Of a stretch of 64,000 nt of DNA, positions 49,960 to 64,000 are shown piece by piece. The notes under the pieces were generated by a model, which was given only the letters and a program-made list of their open reading frames with translations, was not told where the DNA came from and ran no database searches. The DNA comes from Paraspadella gotoi (lineage: Eukaryota > Animalia > Chaetognatha): contig CM119264.1 of NCBI GenBank assembly GCA_051294375.1, positions 26,249,011 to 26,313,010 of the forward strand. The letters are read 5' to 3'. The position numbers and the translations under genes are program-made. Every line of letters begins with the position of its first letter. Within the stretch, counting starts at the first letter, position 1.

Positions 49960-52813
49960 GAGAGAGAGTAGACGAGAAGAGAGAGAAGAGAGGTTAGAGA
50001 AAAGAAGAAAAGAACAATGAAAAGAAGAAAGGGGAAGATAGAAAGGAAAAACCCAGATTCCTTCGCTTTTCACTCTTGTTCCAAAGTTGTTTTGGAACAT
50101 CATCCTTTTTTGTCGTCAGACACAAATAGTGTAGGAGCGACATTATGGTCGGTGTAAGGTTTGATGGAGCGAATTGAAGAATGAATGCCAGGGTTAAAGT
50201 GGGTAATATAAGTGCGGCAATGGTAAGGTGAATTGGAGGCAGAGGGAGAGCCAGAAATGGAAGGCTAATTGGAGCGAATGATAAATTTTGCCGAATTGGA
50301 AGGATAGCAACAATGGCGAGGTTTATTGTTATGAACAAGGTACAAGGCAGTTGAGTTGACATTGCAAAAATCGAAAAGTTTACAAGTTTAAAAATGTTTT
50401 AAAAAATGAATAGAGAATGAGGCGATACACCTTTCTCAAGAGGGTCTCGGGTCAACTCGAAACAGATTTTTTATTATTAATAATTAAACGTGTCTTTTTA
50501 AAGTTTTCTTTCTCGATCTTTTTATTGGTAAGTGTCTGAGATATTTATTAAACTGCTTTAGATATTAGTTAGTCGGTTCTTATGCTTTTTTGTTATTTGT
50601 TATCAAAAGGACCAAACAAATTTGAGTGGATTCAAATAAGAAACAAAAAAATTTTGTGTCTAATTCATATTCGTCACTATTATCGTCGTCGTCGTCTTCA
50701 TCGCCTCAGGCATTTTTGACTGTGCGTGTGAAAAAAAAAGCCACCTGCTGTTACGAAAAAAAAAAAAGCAACTCTGCTGGTTACGAACGACATCTGTTAC
50801 TCAGCAAAGCGTAATAAAAATTCTAAAATTTAACTTTAATAAGATTTCTAAAAGGAGAAACGATAAAATTATACTAATAAACATTATGGTATAAAATTTT
50901 TCTTAATATAAATTATTACAATTTATTTAATAGTAAATTCAAAATATTTTTTTTAATATTTTTTTTTTCAAAAATTTGATTCGTCATGAAAAAGTTGATA
51001 CAAAGAAATAAAAAACTCTTTTTTTAAAAATTCTTTTCATTAAGTTGTCAAATATTCAGAAAAACTTATGTTTTCGCTAAAAATTAAAATTTTATATCGT
51101 TAAATATAGTTTTTTTTTTATTTTTAACCCATGTTAATGAAATAATTTTAAAAATGATTATATATTTTCTTCCTTCAACTTTTTGACGAGGAATTCAAAT
51201 CTTGAATTTTTCTATTTTATAAAGATAGTTACTATATATAATTTATATATAGGCACTATTTTCCTTATTAAAATAGGAAAATTATATAATATTAGCCTTA
51301 ACTGCCAAAATTAAAAACTATAAAGTACATTTTTTTAACAAATTAATGTTCACTGTATGGATATGTTGTTAATAATTGACTTTTAGAATTTTTGTACGTA
51401 AACCTTCACTATGCTCTAATACTCAGCTTCCCCAAAAAAAACACCTTGGTGTCGCAACCCTCCGCCACCCCACCACCCAACGACCTCCCGGAGGCAAAAA
51501 AGGAAAAAAGCAACAAAAAAAAAAGAATATACGAAATGCCAACTGTTACCCCGCTCACGTCTATTCACGAGTGTTCACACATTTTCAACACATTCTCGCC
51601 AAGTTTGGCGCGAGGGCGACATCTACGCAGTCGGATCCTTTCCTTTCCTTCTAGATCCTTGATACTCACACCGAAATTCAATTACTTTCTTTTTCCCCTC
51701 AAACCATCAGTTGTTATTTTTTTTCCTTTTCACGACAATGAGTAGTTTATACAATAATCAAGTTCCTTAATCTACGGTCTTTCTCTACTTCCCTACCGCT
51801 GTGAATCATTTTATTTATCTTTTTTTCAAACTTTTTATGATGTTCCACGACGTTTCTTCTTCCAGTTTTATTTTATATTACTTTAGTTTAGTTAAAAAAT
51901 TTTTCCTTGTTACTCAATTTTACTACTACATTTTTCAGTTTCACGACGACATGCCATTTCCCATCTCAACCTCATTTTATTCAATTTTCCAGGCTTCATC
52001 CCGATCTCGGTTTCCATTTCCGCTTCATCGAATTTCATAAACCACGACAGCAGCTGCCCAGGCTTTCGCCGTCGAAGTTTCTCCGACGGAGCAGGAAGTT
52101 TATCGGCGCCCCAAAAAGACTCTTTTAATTTGAAGACGTGACAAAAAGTTGATCCCGACTGATTTTAACACGCCGTGGACAACTATTAAGTTGGCTAGAA
52201 GGTGGGGGTTACGAATAATAGTAGAATAAGTCTAGGTTTTTAATAGTAAACTTTTTTGTTGCTATGTTGATATCATTGATGTTTTGCGATGACATAGAAC
52301 CCGCGGGGGTCATTGGCATTCCCCGCAGCGATGCACACTCTTGCCATTTTACTTGTTTGAAAAAAGCTCCTGGCCTACAATAACCCGCCGATGTCGGCCC
52401 CGTATATTGCCAAGAAACGCCTCTCATTGACGCGGAACAGGAACGCGACCCCGCCGTCCGTTGAATTTCATGCCAAAACCCTATCGCTTTTGGCGCCTTT
52501 TCTGGCACATCGCGTCAACTCGTGCAATGGGAACGCGCCCGCATCGGCGCGTTCTGGCCTTCTCGAGGGCGCTTCGCGGACTATATCGCTGATTCGTCGG
52601 GGTCGCGAATCTGAATTCTCGAGGGACAAAGAAAAAAAAATGATGAAAAAAAAAATTGGAGGTGGGGAACTGAGGGAAAAATTTTATAGAGGAAAGGGAG
52701 CGAAATGACTGATTAAAAAAAAGACGGGAGGAGAGAGAGAAGAGAGAGAAGAGATGAGAGAGAGGATAGAGAAGAGAGAGATAAGAGAGAGAGAGAGAGA
52801 GACAGACAGACAG

Positions 52814-52847
<34 letters not shown>

Positions 52848-54102
52848 GAAAAAGAGAGAAATTGGAAAAGTTGCAAAGGTGTGGATAAAGCGGTGAAGAA
52901 TCGGAAAATAAGAGGAGGCGATGTGAAGGGGGACGACGAGAGGATTTGAGGTGAGGACAGCTATGAGCTGTGAGCTGTGAGCGGTTAGCAAGCGAGAAGT
53001 GCGGCAAGAAAAAACGAATACTAAGTATCGTATGAAGGCCAAAAAAACGGAGAGTATAATAATTAAACCGCAGAGAAAAAAAGAGCAGCATTCAGAGAAT
53101 AAAGAGAAAAAGAAGGATAAAAGATAAAAGGAAGAGAGGGGAAAAAAGTTTTTTCGTAGGAAAAGTCGTTGCGACAAAAAAAATTTCGCAGGGTTTCGCC
53201 TATTTTTAATTTGCCATATTTCGTACTACTACTATTTTGCTATATAAATTAATCACTACGATCGCTTAGTTTGTCAATTATCCAAAGACTTGGTCTTCTA
53301 GTCTTCCGACTCTCCCGTCAAGCGGCTCCAAGTCCGAAGACGCGGCCAAGCGAAAGAGGAAGACGGCGGAAGAAAATCCTTGAAAACGAAAATGTAAAAT
53401 GGCCGTCCTCGTAAAAGTACAGTAATGCCGAGGGAGCGGAGAACCGGTAAATGGCGCGAAACGATTATGCGAAAACTCACTAGGATGTGAGAAGCTGTTA
53501 CGCTTAATGCACTTTACAGTTAAATAATTTATTCTACTAGAAAAAACGAAAATTACCCCCGCCAACAAATAAGTTTTATTTTCAAAGATTACAATTTATT
53601 TTTGGTCGGGGGCCAAAGACCGAAATCTTCTCCTAGAACAATAAAACTCAAAATAGAAAAATAAAAAGGCAAAATAGATATAAGAAACCATTAAATTTTG
53701 AGCTGAAAAAACTCCCCTCTCTTTGAGATACATCGGTGTTTTGGATTACTTCAATTCTTTAATTTCTAAGACTCTTGGTGCGAAAATCGTAGGGAAAAAA
53801 AATCGAGGCGACGAAAGTTTAAAACATTTCAATATCTTAGCTGCGTCTCTAATGAAACGAATTATATATATATATATATCATATAGAAGAAAGAAGAGGT
53901 GGCTGGAGAAGGCCAGAGTTTGTCCTGTTACATTAGAATACAAAATTAAAGCGTTAATTAAGAATTGTCATTAATGAAATCAAATCAAAAGAAATCAATG
54001 GAGAGCGGGTGGGGCTTGGCCAAGACACGGACTCAGTGAAGGGCCGCCATTTTACCTCGCCGCCCCTGATGCTTACTTATTCCCCCCCACCAAAAAAAAA
54101 AA
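46245..54102 (+). repeat. Indel-rich direct copy of about 34090-41288
   Basis: Collinear throughout; differences are mainly single-base insertions/deletions and homopolymer changes; it contains sequence where the first copy has N gaps. Confidence 0.92.
48701..49608. mobile_element. Error-containing copy of the Kolobok-type MITE inside the duplicated block
   Basis: Same termini and same flanks as 36192-37073, with single-base indels. Confidence 0.65.
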
Positions 54103-54191
54103 AAGGAGTAAGTAGAGAGCGGAAAAAAAAGCATGTTGTTTGGCGTTTCTTTAATTTCTTCAGAATTTCCGAGTTACCTTTCCATTTCTTG

Positions 54192-54224
<33 letters not shown>

Positions 54225-54819
54225 CTCTCTTCTCTCTCTCTCTCTCTTCCAGATCGAGATGTGCCTAGCAGTTACATACGGACCCAGCGAGGGCTCGACC
54301 GGTTTGCTCCTATTAAATCCGGGAAAGCGGGGAGTCATTAGCGACGCTTCTCTCTTTTCTTCTTTATTTTTTTTTCTCTTCGCATTATCTTTCTTTTCTT
54401 TTTTTTCTACCCGTTTTGTTCCTTTGTTCGAGAATCTCTTGACCCCTCGATCCCTCAGCGCCATCTTCACTCATTTAATTTTACTAGGGCGGATTTTTTT
54501 AACGTGACTTCGTTAGGTTTTGCTTACATGTTCAAGAATTACGTGTGACGAGTTACGTATTTATTTAAATTATTATCAATTTGTTTTAATATAAATATAT
54601 GTATTTGTAAACAGTTAGATATTTAAAATAATCTCAACGCTCTCTATGTCTTGTGGTTGTTCTTACTTCTTAGCGAGGAGTATCATAAAGAGTGTCATGA
54701 TAATAACGTGATAGTAAAGATGACCCCTGCAAAAATATTCTCGAATATTTTTGATCCAATTTAACTCATCATTTCGTCCCAAGGGGGCCACAAATTTTGA
54801 CGCTCGCCCTCTGCCAATT

Positions 54820-56260
54820 TTTTAAAAATTATGCCTTGACCATTACAATTAGGCATGCCTGTGCAGAACAAGTGAAATTAAGTGCTTCTTGTCAGTTTTA
54901 TCTATGAACTATTATGATGTTTCTCTCCACACTTTACAACTGTGATGCAAATTTTACCGCGCTTATTGTTATTATTCGTTATTCATTGAAATTCAAAATC
55001 TTCTTTCCTTCATAAACTATCATTTTCCTCTATATCGGTTTCTGTTATAAATCATAAGCCTTCTCTTCACCTCATTGACCTTGTTTTCTTTCTCGTCAAT
55101 TTCTTAAATTAATTATTAAGACTGTTTTTCTTTCGTTGGGATAATCGAGCTAGATTTATACACCTCCCTCTTCTACCTCGCTTTCGGGACAGGGCTCTCT
55201 TTCTCGAGTATATCCTCTCCTCCTCCCTCGTCCTCATCTCCACTACCCATGCACTCTAGTTCAATTTTCTCCCGCTACTATAATACCCCTCTCCCACCGT
55301 ACCTCCATATCCCTCCCTTACTCCAAAACTCACACTACCCACGAAAAAATGAAATACCGTTTTTTAGTTTCGAAAAATTTAAAAAAGCTAACTAAGCAAA
55401 AACCGAAATTTTATATTTAAAGGCCGTGAAATGAAGAAATACAAAAGACTTTCTAAGTGATTAAAACAGTATGTAAGGAAGGCGTTGACAAAGTCTCACG
55501 TCAGGCCTCGTCTTAACACTAAAAGCCAAAGCTTGTAGCGTTGGAGTTATTTTATACCGAGCATAATGAGATCAGAGAATAGAACGAAATGTGTTATGTT
55601 AACAATTTCATTAGGGATTAGGGGTCAAAACGACCGAGAGTCACAATAGCTGTGAGGTCCACGAAGACTAGTTTTCATAAGAAGTTAACTAAATCGTTTT
55701 GAAATGCTAAATATTCATTTTTAATTACTATAATAGAAATTATTAAGGGAGATTATATCTAAGATTATTTTAAAATCTTACGCTTGTTGGTTTTTACTCT
55801 TGTAAAACCAAATGAACGGGAAAAGGATGGCAAAGTCTAAAGAAAGCAAAAAAACCTTAATTCTACGAAATAAAAGTTAAAAAAAATCTAAATCGACTTT
55901 ACAAAATCGGCTAGATCCACCGAATTTTTCTCACGTAGACCTCTACTTGTATAATCGACATATTGCAGATTGGGTATGCGCCTCAAGCCGTTCGTGAATT
56001 AATTAGCAATATAATGGCGTTAATGGGAATGACATGCCGCAATGACATGTGTAGAGTCTTACGTAAATCAAAGGTCCAAAAATCTCCAAAAAACAGACGA
56101 CGGTGAGAAACTGTTTCGCCAAGGTAGCAGTATACGGAGACGTACAATGCATTTAAGGGCCACAAAGAAGATATTCAAAAGTACCCTTGCCCGGTTGAAT
56201 AGATTTCGGAAGGGGCAGTAGATGAGAAGAGAGAGAGACGAGAGAGGACGCAGAGAGAGA

Positions 56261-56316
<56 letters not shown>

Positions 56317-58850
56317 TCGTCGAAAGAATCTGAGTGGAAGGGAAGACGGGAAAAAGGGGTATTGATTTTAATAGATGAAGATTAGAGATAGAAGGTTTAT
56401 TGTATGTAATTTATTATTTATTGAGGAGTAAAATTATGGGAAGGCTATTTATTATTTATAATTATTAACATTATTTATTATTCATTCACTTTAATTTAAT
56501 TAAGATCTCTTTAATATAATTGATCACTGTATATATATTATTAATTATTAAACTCTGATATAATGTCATTAGCGATGTCGAAGTGCAGTGAATACACGAG
56601 TCCTGTGCGGTTGATTTTCTTGTTGGTCATTCCTATTCCAAACATACACGAGCACAATTAATGCAATGAATCATTATTCCAGAGTCAAACATGTCAAGTC
56701 CACATCCCTCAAATTCTATCAAATAGTCATCATTCACTAATATTCATCAAATATCACCATCAATGCATTCAAAAATCATCAAATCAATCCAATCATGGAG
56801 CAAAAATCGAATCATTCAATCATCAATTCTATCATTCCAATCATCCCAAATCAAATCATTACATCATCGCAATTCACAAATCATCCAATTCATCCATCAT
56901 TTATTCAATAACTATATACATCATCACATGAATCATCATCATTCAATGTACATTCAAATTCAATAATTCGACAATCATTCTACCAAATCATCAATCAACT
57001 CATCAATCGATCCCATACAATACAATACCAAATCATCAGCTAATCATAACAATCCATCACAAGTTACATCACGATCACAACCATCAAACACGCTACCAGA
57101 AAGCCCCATGCTCTGCTCATCCGTTCTGGTTGATTTTTCTCCTGCCAAGTTACCCGTTTCTCGTGGACGAGGCGAACGGGCGCGGTCGTCGAGGCGATGG
57201 AGGTTCTCCTGTAACGAGGGGGCGTTGCGGGATCGGAGGTGGGGTAGAGGGGAGGGAAGTGAGGGGGAGTAGAGAGGGGGAGGAAAAGGAAAGGAGAGAG
57301 ACAGAAGAGAGTAATGTAAACGAGGGAAAGTAATGAGGAAAACGATACAGAAAATACCGCTAAATTTAAACTTGATTCATATTTTGTATAATTTATATAT
57401 CAACCAACGCAGTACCCAATTACGCGCGACCAGTCGAGCCTCGATTTAAAAAACACAGAATATGAATTGAATAGCTACGAGCGAGAACGTAGAGCTATAG
57501 ATTGACACGCACTATATAGAATACCGAAAAAAATTAAATCAATATCTTACTTTTTCTTTTTGACCTGGACGATTACTGATGACCTATAAGCCTCAATAGC
57601 ATATTTCTCCATTTCACAGCCCTTTCGATGCTACGAGATCTGCTGCCCAGCGCCTGTCTCCACTAACGTGCTCTCACACTGGATTACGCCGCCGCATCAG
57701 TTGATCGAATCGCATCTGACCTGCCCGCCTTAATAAACCTCAAAATCTTGGAAATATTCCACTCTGTAGTTTTTGTTCAAGCGTATCGATTGTATTTATT
57801 AAATAGCGAAGGTAAAGTTCAAATATATTCATATAAGTAAGAAGACAGGTGATTTATCGCTCTTAATAGCTTGAATCATTCTCTACGAATGGAAAAGGTG
57901 GAACTGTACAAATCTATTTCAAGCGTGACACAAACAGTGACAACCACCTTTTCTATGACGCACCCATCTATTTTGCTTCTCAATGTAAAATTACGGTGTC
58001 AATTTTTCAAGAACATGTCGAGTGAATCCAAAAGAGCGACGCATCTCATCTAATCGAACTCATTATTATTGTATTGGTGTCTCATGAGTTATTCAAAGAT
58101 CTAACCGGTGCAACCAAGTTCACAACGTAACAGCCAGCATGCCGACTCTACTCTCTTTCTTCCTATTCGAATCCGGCAATTCTCTTCTCGACGCTTCTCA
58201 ATAGTACCGCGACCTCTCTTGTTTTACCTATCTTTTCTCTTTTTCGAAGCCTGAAGCCTCCTCTTGAACCTTCACTACCTATCCTCTTACTTTGCTTTTC
58301 CTCTCCAGAGGTGTCTTTGCTGATAAATGTTAATTGATTAGCTGCTAATTTCGCTTACTTTTTCTAACATTTTAGTCCTGCAGTTGGCTCGAATGATTGG
58401 CATATCCAATTATTTCGTCCTGTTCGAAAAATTCATCTGTTATCTCTCTCAATTATTCTTTTCTTGATATCTTCTCTTCCTCTTTTTCGCGCGAATTCTC
58501 TTCTTTCTTAATCTCTCTATTCCAACTTCCGCCTCACTGTTCCATCCCGGGAAAGCTGTTCATATCCTAACCACATATGCTGTATGAAATCCAACGCTGC
58601 CAAATTACGTATTCTGACAACATTAACGCCACGAACAACCCCAACAACCACAGAAACGAACGAAAAAAAACCTCACTATCACCTACACAAGACGACACAA
58701 TGACCGGCAGAACACAACAACAACTAACTGGCGCGCTCGGGCGACAAGGAAACACTCGAGGTATCGGGGACCTTAAATGAAGAGTGAAGAACGAGCACCA
58801 GAAAAGTTGTTTGCTTCTCTATGTCTTAGAACACATATTTCCATATATAA
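54820..58850 (+). repeat. Severely insertion-expanded copy of about 44020-46085
   Basis: Shared anchors in order (AAATTATGCCTTG; AAAGCTTGTAGCGTTGGAGTT; TTTTACCTATCTTTTCTCTTTTTCGAAGCCTGAAGCC; CAAATTACGTATTCTGACAACATTAAC) at about 2x spacing. Confidence 0.8.
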
Positions 58851-59639
58851 ACCGAGTAGCGGTATGGACAACGTAGAGCAGTGACGTTAGTGCTCTTATG
58901 AGTATCGAGAGGATGACGCTAAAAGAGAGAGAGAGAGAGAGAGGAGGGAGAGAGATTGTAAGGAGAGAAGAGACACTGAGAGAGTAGATGGAGAGAAAAG
59001 AGATAAAATTAAGAAAAAGCGAGATTAACCAGTTCCGGGATGTTTTTTTCGTCTTCCTTCCTTTGTTGTGATTGATACACGTACGTCATCGTTCTTGTTC
59101 TATTTTTCATCATCTATTACTGAAAAAAAATTCTATTATAGTGTGTGTATGGGTTGTGTGTGGTGTGTGTAGTTATATTGGGGGGGTGAGAGTCGTGTTT
59201 CATTTTATTATATGGAGCGGGAGGCTGAATTCTTGTATCTTAGGGGAGGTCGTTTAGTGGTGTGTGTGGAAAGAGGTTTCTGTGTGTGTAACATAGTGTT
59301 ACTGGATGCTGAAATACCCAATTCCCAGTCGAGCGATAATCTATATAGACTTTAATCTGTATTTGCACACAGAGCGGCTCTGGCGAGAATTAATGAGCTT
59401 TATTCGCAAACTATTTGACGTGTGAGTTGAATAATTCCACCGGGATACGTAGCACATGCTTTGGATAAGCGCTAATCTCTCTCTCTCTCTCGCTTCATCT
59501 CTTACACAAAAAAAATCTACTTTCTTTACCAACTCTCTCTGCTTCTTCTCTCTCACTTCTCTCTACTTCTTTCTAATCTTCCTCATCAAGTCTCTCTCTC
59601 TTGTCGTAAACTCTCAGTACATAATGGGCGCCGATCTCG

Positions 59640-60590
59640 TCGCAATTCTCCAGCCATCGAGAATGTATGTGCCCTCACCTCAAGTTACGTGATGTACGGC
59701 AGCATACCTAGCCGAGCACGCGAGCGGAGGTGCGCGCGTGACACTCAATTTGAGTTTTCAAGGTGCTCTTTTTGGCCCTAGAGCAGAATCTTATTCCGGG
59801 AAAGCGGGAGTCATTAAGCGACGCTTCCTCTCTTTTTTCTTTAATTATTTTTTGAATAAAACCGTGTCTCGACATAGTTATCTTTCCTTTTCTTTTTTTT
59901 TCTAACGTGCATTTCCATCCGTTTTTTTTCTATGTATCTTTCCTTTGTTCTGATATATATACTTGGGTTGAGGAGCCCCAGAATAAAATTTCCGTTCGAT
60001 ATCACCCTCAGCCGCCATTCTTTTGCTTACTTTCATTTACATTTACGAGTGTTGGCGGACTCTTTCCTTAAGCGCGATGACTTCGTTAGGTTTTGCTTAC
60101 ATGTGTCAACGAGAGCTTCTGATCGCTATGTTATGAAGCCGAGTTACGTATTTTGATTTGAATACTCTTGTATTACTTCGACCATTGATTGTGAAATTCC
60201 CTTAATTAAGGAAATTCACCCTGAAAAATTTTGATTGTTTGTTTAAAAGTCGAGTCTAGATTGATTTTAAAACTATGTTAAAGGATCGTATCGCTCTTCT
60301 ATCTCTGTTCGTGGTTCGTTGGGATTGTTGTCTGTCGACACTAAAGCTCTTTGTGTCTTTGGAGGAGTGTTATCTCTGCTAACCAAGGATGTGTCAATGT
60401 TAGGTACTTGATTGCCCTATATGTGATTCTCATTGCTTATACAGAGCATTGACCCCCCCTTTTTGGCTACAGGAAATATATTCCGAAAGATCATATTGTA
60501 GTTGATACCTACTTTTAACCTCTCATTTCCGTCCAGGGGTCATTGTTTGTGTAACCAGATAATACGATTTTGACGCTCGCCCTCTGCCAT
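59640..60590 (+). repeat. Noisy copy of about 54250-54815
   Basis: Shared anchors CCGGGAAAGCGGG..AGTCATT..AGCGACGCTTC, GACTTCGTTAGGTTTTGCTTACATG and TTTTGACGCTCGCCCTCTGCCA. Confidence 0.75.
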
Positions 60591-60657
60591 TTTTTGCCGG
60601 GCTCACCCTCAATTCGGCTCCCTTGCCCCCTCGGGGGTTGCGAAGGTCTGCCCCTCC

Positions 60658-60732
<75 letters not shown>

Positions 60733-61794
60733 GAGCAGAGAAAGAGCAGAGGAGAGGCTCCAGCATACAGATTCAGTGAGGGGAGAAGAAGGAGAGTAGC
60801 AGAGCCACGCGCGTCGCCACAACTTTTGCGCGGCAAGAATTTTACTTTATCTCGTTTGTCGAGTAATTCGTACGCGAAGGTAAAAATTTCGTGGCGATGA
60901 GGGAGAGGGGGGAGAGAGGGGAGGGGGAGGCGTTTTGGGGTAAGGTTTTTCGATGCCATGGGTGAAGCAAGGGCTGCCAGGCTGGGATGGATGGTCCGAG
61001 GAGTTGAAGCCGACCGAATAAGAGAGATTCGTCTCTGGTTCCGCATCCAACTCGATGCGGGCGTCGGAGGGACGCTCTGCGGCGGCGGAAGCGGCGGGCG
61101 ACGCGCCTCCGGAGGGCGTTGAGGAGAAAGCATTTAAAGAAGCGTGCGGGAAGCTGCTCTAGCCATTTGGTTTGGGCCTTTGTCTTTCCCACAAGCTTGC
61201 GCAGGGCTTGGCGGATCCTGCCAATGTCTCTCCTCAGCCCTATTGCTGGTCCTTTTGGCCCACTAGTGAAACGAATATGCGTGTCTGCCAAACTCCGTAT
61301 CGTAAGTAAGCCATAAAAGAATTTGAGAGTAATTGATACCAATGGCAATCATCCAAGCTTTTAGTCGTGTTGGAGGTGGCAACCCAATTCAAAGTTTACT
61401 TCTAAATAGGAACCGTTCCGCTGATGCAAGCGAGAGAAGATTCTCGTTAACCGTTCATATTCCAAAGCCCTTTGACCAGACTTGTTGCTCGACCGGCAGC
61501 CAATCCTGCCGCGGCGCCCAGGGAGGAGTGGCCGTCCCCAGGTGTCACCGGCAGATGCATTATCAGATGCAATTAAGTGCATAGTGATATCTCACCAGCC
61601 GGGTATCAAGACCTTGGCGTGGCGGAGGTGCATTCAATCCAATGCATTCACCGAGAATTCCAGTTCTCCACTCACCCCCAAGTCGCGGTCTCACCCGGCC
61701 GCCATTTCGAAGATGAAGAACTCCATTTATTCTCTTCTCCCATGACCTCGCATCTCTCTGACTCGCTCTCTCTCTCTCTCCTCATCTCCCTCAC

Positions 61795-61828
<34 letters not shown>

Positions 61829-63558
61829 GTCTCTTCTCTCTCTCTCTCTCTCTCTCTCTCCCCGTCAGCGAACGTTTTATGTCCACGTCTAAGTNNNNNN
61901 NNNNNNNNNNNNNNNNNNNGTTGACGTCGTCGTTATCGTCGTCGTTCGTGTTCTCGTTAATGTCCTTTCAGTCTCATGCATAGTCATCGTCGTCATTGTC
62001 AGCCCTAGTTTTTGTCGTCTTAAACATCGTCTTCGTCTTTGTCAGTATCATTGTCATTCTCGGCAAATCTCTTGATTGTTTTCCTATCGTTTGTTAAAGT
62101 ATAACCTTTAACTTTTAATAAATCTTAAATCATATCTTCTTTTGAGTTCATTGGGCTTTTCTTTGTAACTCACCAAATAAAAAAATAAATAAAATCACGG
62201 CAGTGGGATGAAGACAAAAGAACAATAAAGGCAAAAGTTTTACTTTTTTTTAAATAATTAATTTTATGATTATTCATTACCATCATAATCATTATTATGA
62301 TTATCATAATCAAAATTAACACGAACTTCGACTTCATCATCGTCATTATCATCATTATCCTCAATATTATCGCCATCAACACTTACATCATCATTATTCT
62401 AATCATTACCATTAACATCAACGTAAGCTACGTGGATCTTTTTCTTCGATATCATCGTCGTCGCTATCATCGTCGACTTGTCGCATCAGCGCCTCTATCG
62501 GAGGTCGCGTCGGCAGAGTCGGTAGCGTCAGGCGGCGGCGGCGGCGGCGACGGCGGCGGCGGCAGCGGCGGTGCGGCGCCGTGAGCAAAAGTCGTTTCCG
62601 CTGCCAAATCTGCCTCCGTACGCCATTTGTTTTTTTCTCCCGCATTTTTTGTCTCTTGTTTCGTCAACTTGCCGTCATCACAAATGTCAGTTATTCAGTT
62701 TTCAAAGACTATATAATAATAATAATGATAATTATAATACTAGTTAGTTGAGTCCTATTTTTACCATCCAATCTAGACGTGATTTAGGCACGTGATAATT
62801 ATAATGGATTAATCTTTTTTTATTAATTCAGATTATCATTGCTCGTTAATGACAAATTCCTCGTTCCCGATCTTCGTTACGACCAAAGTTATTTTTTTCC
62901 TCCGTCAGTGAATTATGTCTTCGTCTAGTTTATCATCGCCGTTTTTTTTTTTCTTTTTCTTTCATCGTAGAACAGAGAAAGTGGAGAAATAATGCGAAGT
63001 CATAAATCCATGGTCGATGTTGTTGTTGTTGTTGTCGTCGACGTTTTCGTTGTTGTCTTTATCTACATAACCGGAAATTTTACAGCTAATTGATAAGATA
63101 AATGTTTTACAAACATTTTTTTTTAATATAAAATTTTATATGATTAATTTATACTGCAATGTTCTCCATCATCTTGATTGCCATCTTTGTTTTACCCTTC
63201 TGTCAATGTCGGCTCAGTCTTAATCGTCATCTTTAATGTTGTTATCATAAAGAACTTTTCCTCGATAGTGACTTAAATTTCTTAAAATGTAATTACTAAA
63301 GGCAAAACTGTTTTCTGAAATTTTTACCTTTGTTAAAAAGAATTAATTAAGCCTATTTCTTAAGTCAATTGCGTATACTGTAACATGCAAATGAGATTAA
63401 CTAGAAAACTCCTTTTTTTTTTTTTTTTGAAAAAAGGGAGGTCCTGATAAATACAGGGTGTACCGGGTGGGATCTTTAATCAACTGGAAGCGAAGCTCTT
63501 TTCCTGCTCCGGGTGAGCACCCAGTGGAGTGAGAAAAAGAGAGAGACACGAGCAGAAG

Positions 63559-63590
<32 letters not shown>

Positions 63591-64000
63591 AGAGTAGAGA
63601 GAATGACAGAGAAGAGAGAGAGAGAATAGATATACGGAGAGATAGAGAAAGGAGAGAGAAGCAGAGAAAAACTGTATAGAAGAGTTTGACAAAAAAAGAA
63701 GATAAGAGTAGAAAGTAAAGAAAGAAAAGAAAAAACAAACATCTATAATACTAATCCGTTTTTTAGAGCGGCGACAGAAAAGAACCAAGAGAGAGATGGC
63801 GGTAAGAAGAGTGAGATAGATGATTGAGAGTAGTATGAATATATACATCTCGAAGAGGTTAGAGATATATTAAGAGAGCAAGAGTTATACCGTAGAGTAG
63901 AGAGAGAGATGGTATAGACGAAGCTTACGTTAACTTTTCCACAGAGCCCTTCGATCATGTCCCAGCGCGCAAGAACGTCAGACTGAATTCATATTTAAGT

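Noticed and set aside
56740-57090. His/Ile/Ser-rich ORF
   Set aside because: Degraded (ATC)n-like noise inside the low-quality read segment.
62418-62667. Gly-rich/Pro-rich ORFs around a (GGC)n tract
   Set aside because: Explained by the trinucleotide repeat; no clear splice sites or domain.

Overview
AT-rich, microsatellite-dense animal genomic DNA from a draft assembly with about 11 N-gaps. Degenerate TTAGGG tracts and undepleted CpG suggest an invertebrate that is not an arthropod or nematode (inference). Almost all ORFs in the supplied track are microsatellite noise. By hand I reconstructed one spliced minus-strand gene (ATG at 26908, GT-AG introns, all phases compatible). It encodes a type I immunoglobulin-superfamily membrane protein: signal peptide, about 4 Ig-like domains and one TM helix. 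Two phase-1-compatible cytoplasmic endings are available: a short tyrosine-free tail (about 537 aa total) and a long tail with a consensus ITIM (VDYMTL) plus a probable C-terminal YQPL (about 607 aa). The window also holds a TTAA-flanked Kolobok-type MITE, a long-TIR foldback element, other MITE remnants, palindromes and a 17 x 45-bp minisatellite. Roughly 46.1-60.6 kb is an indel-ridden re-copy of 34-46 kb, most likely raw long-read gap filling rather than biology.
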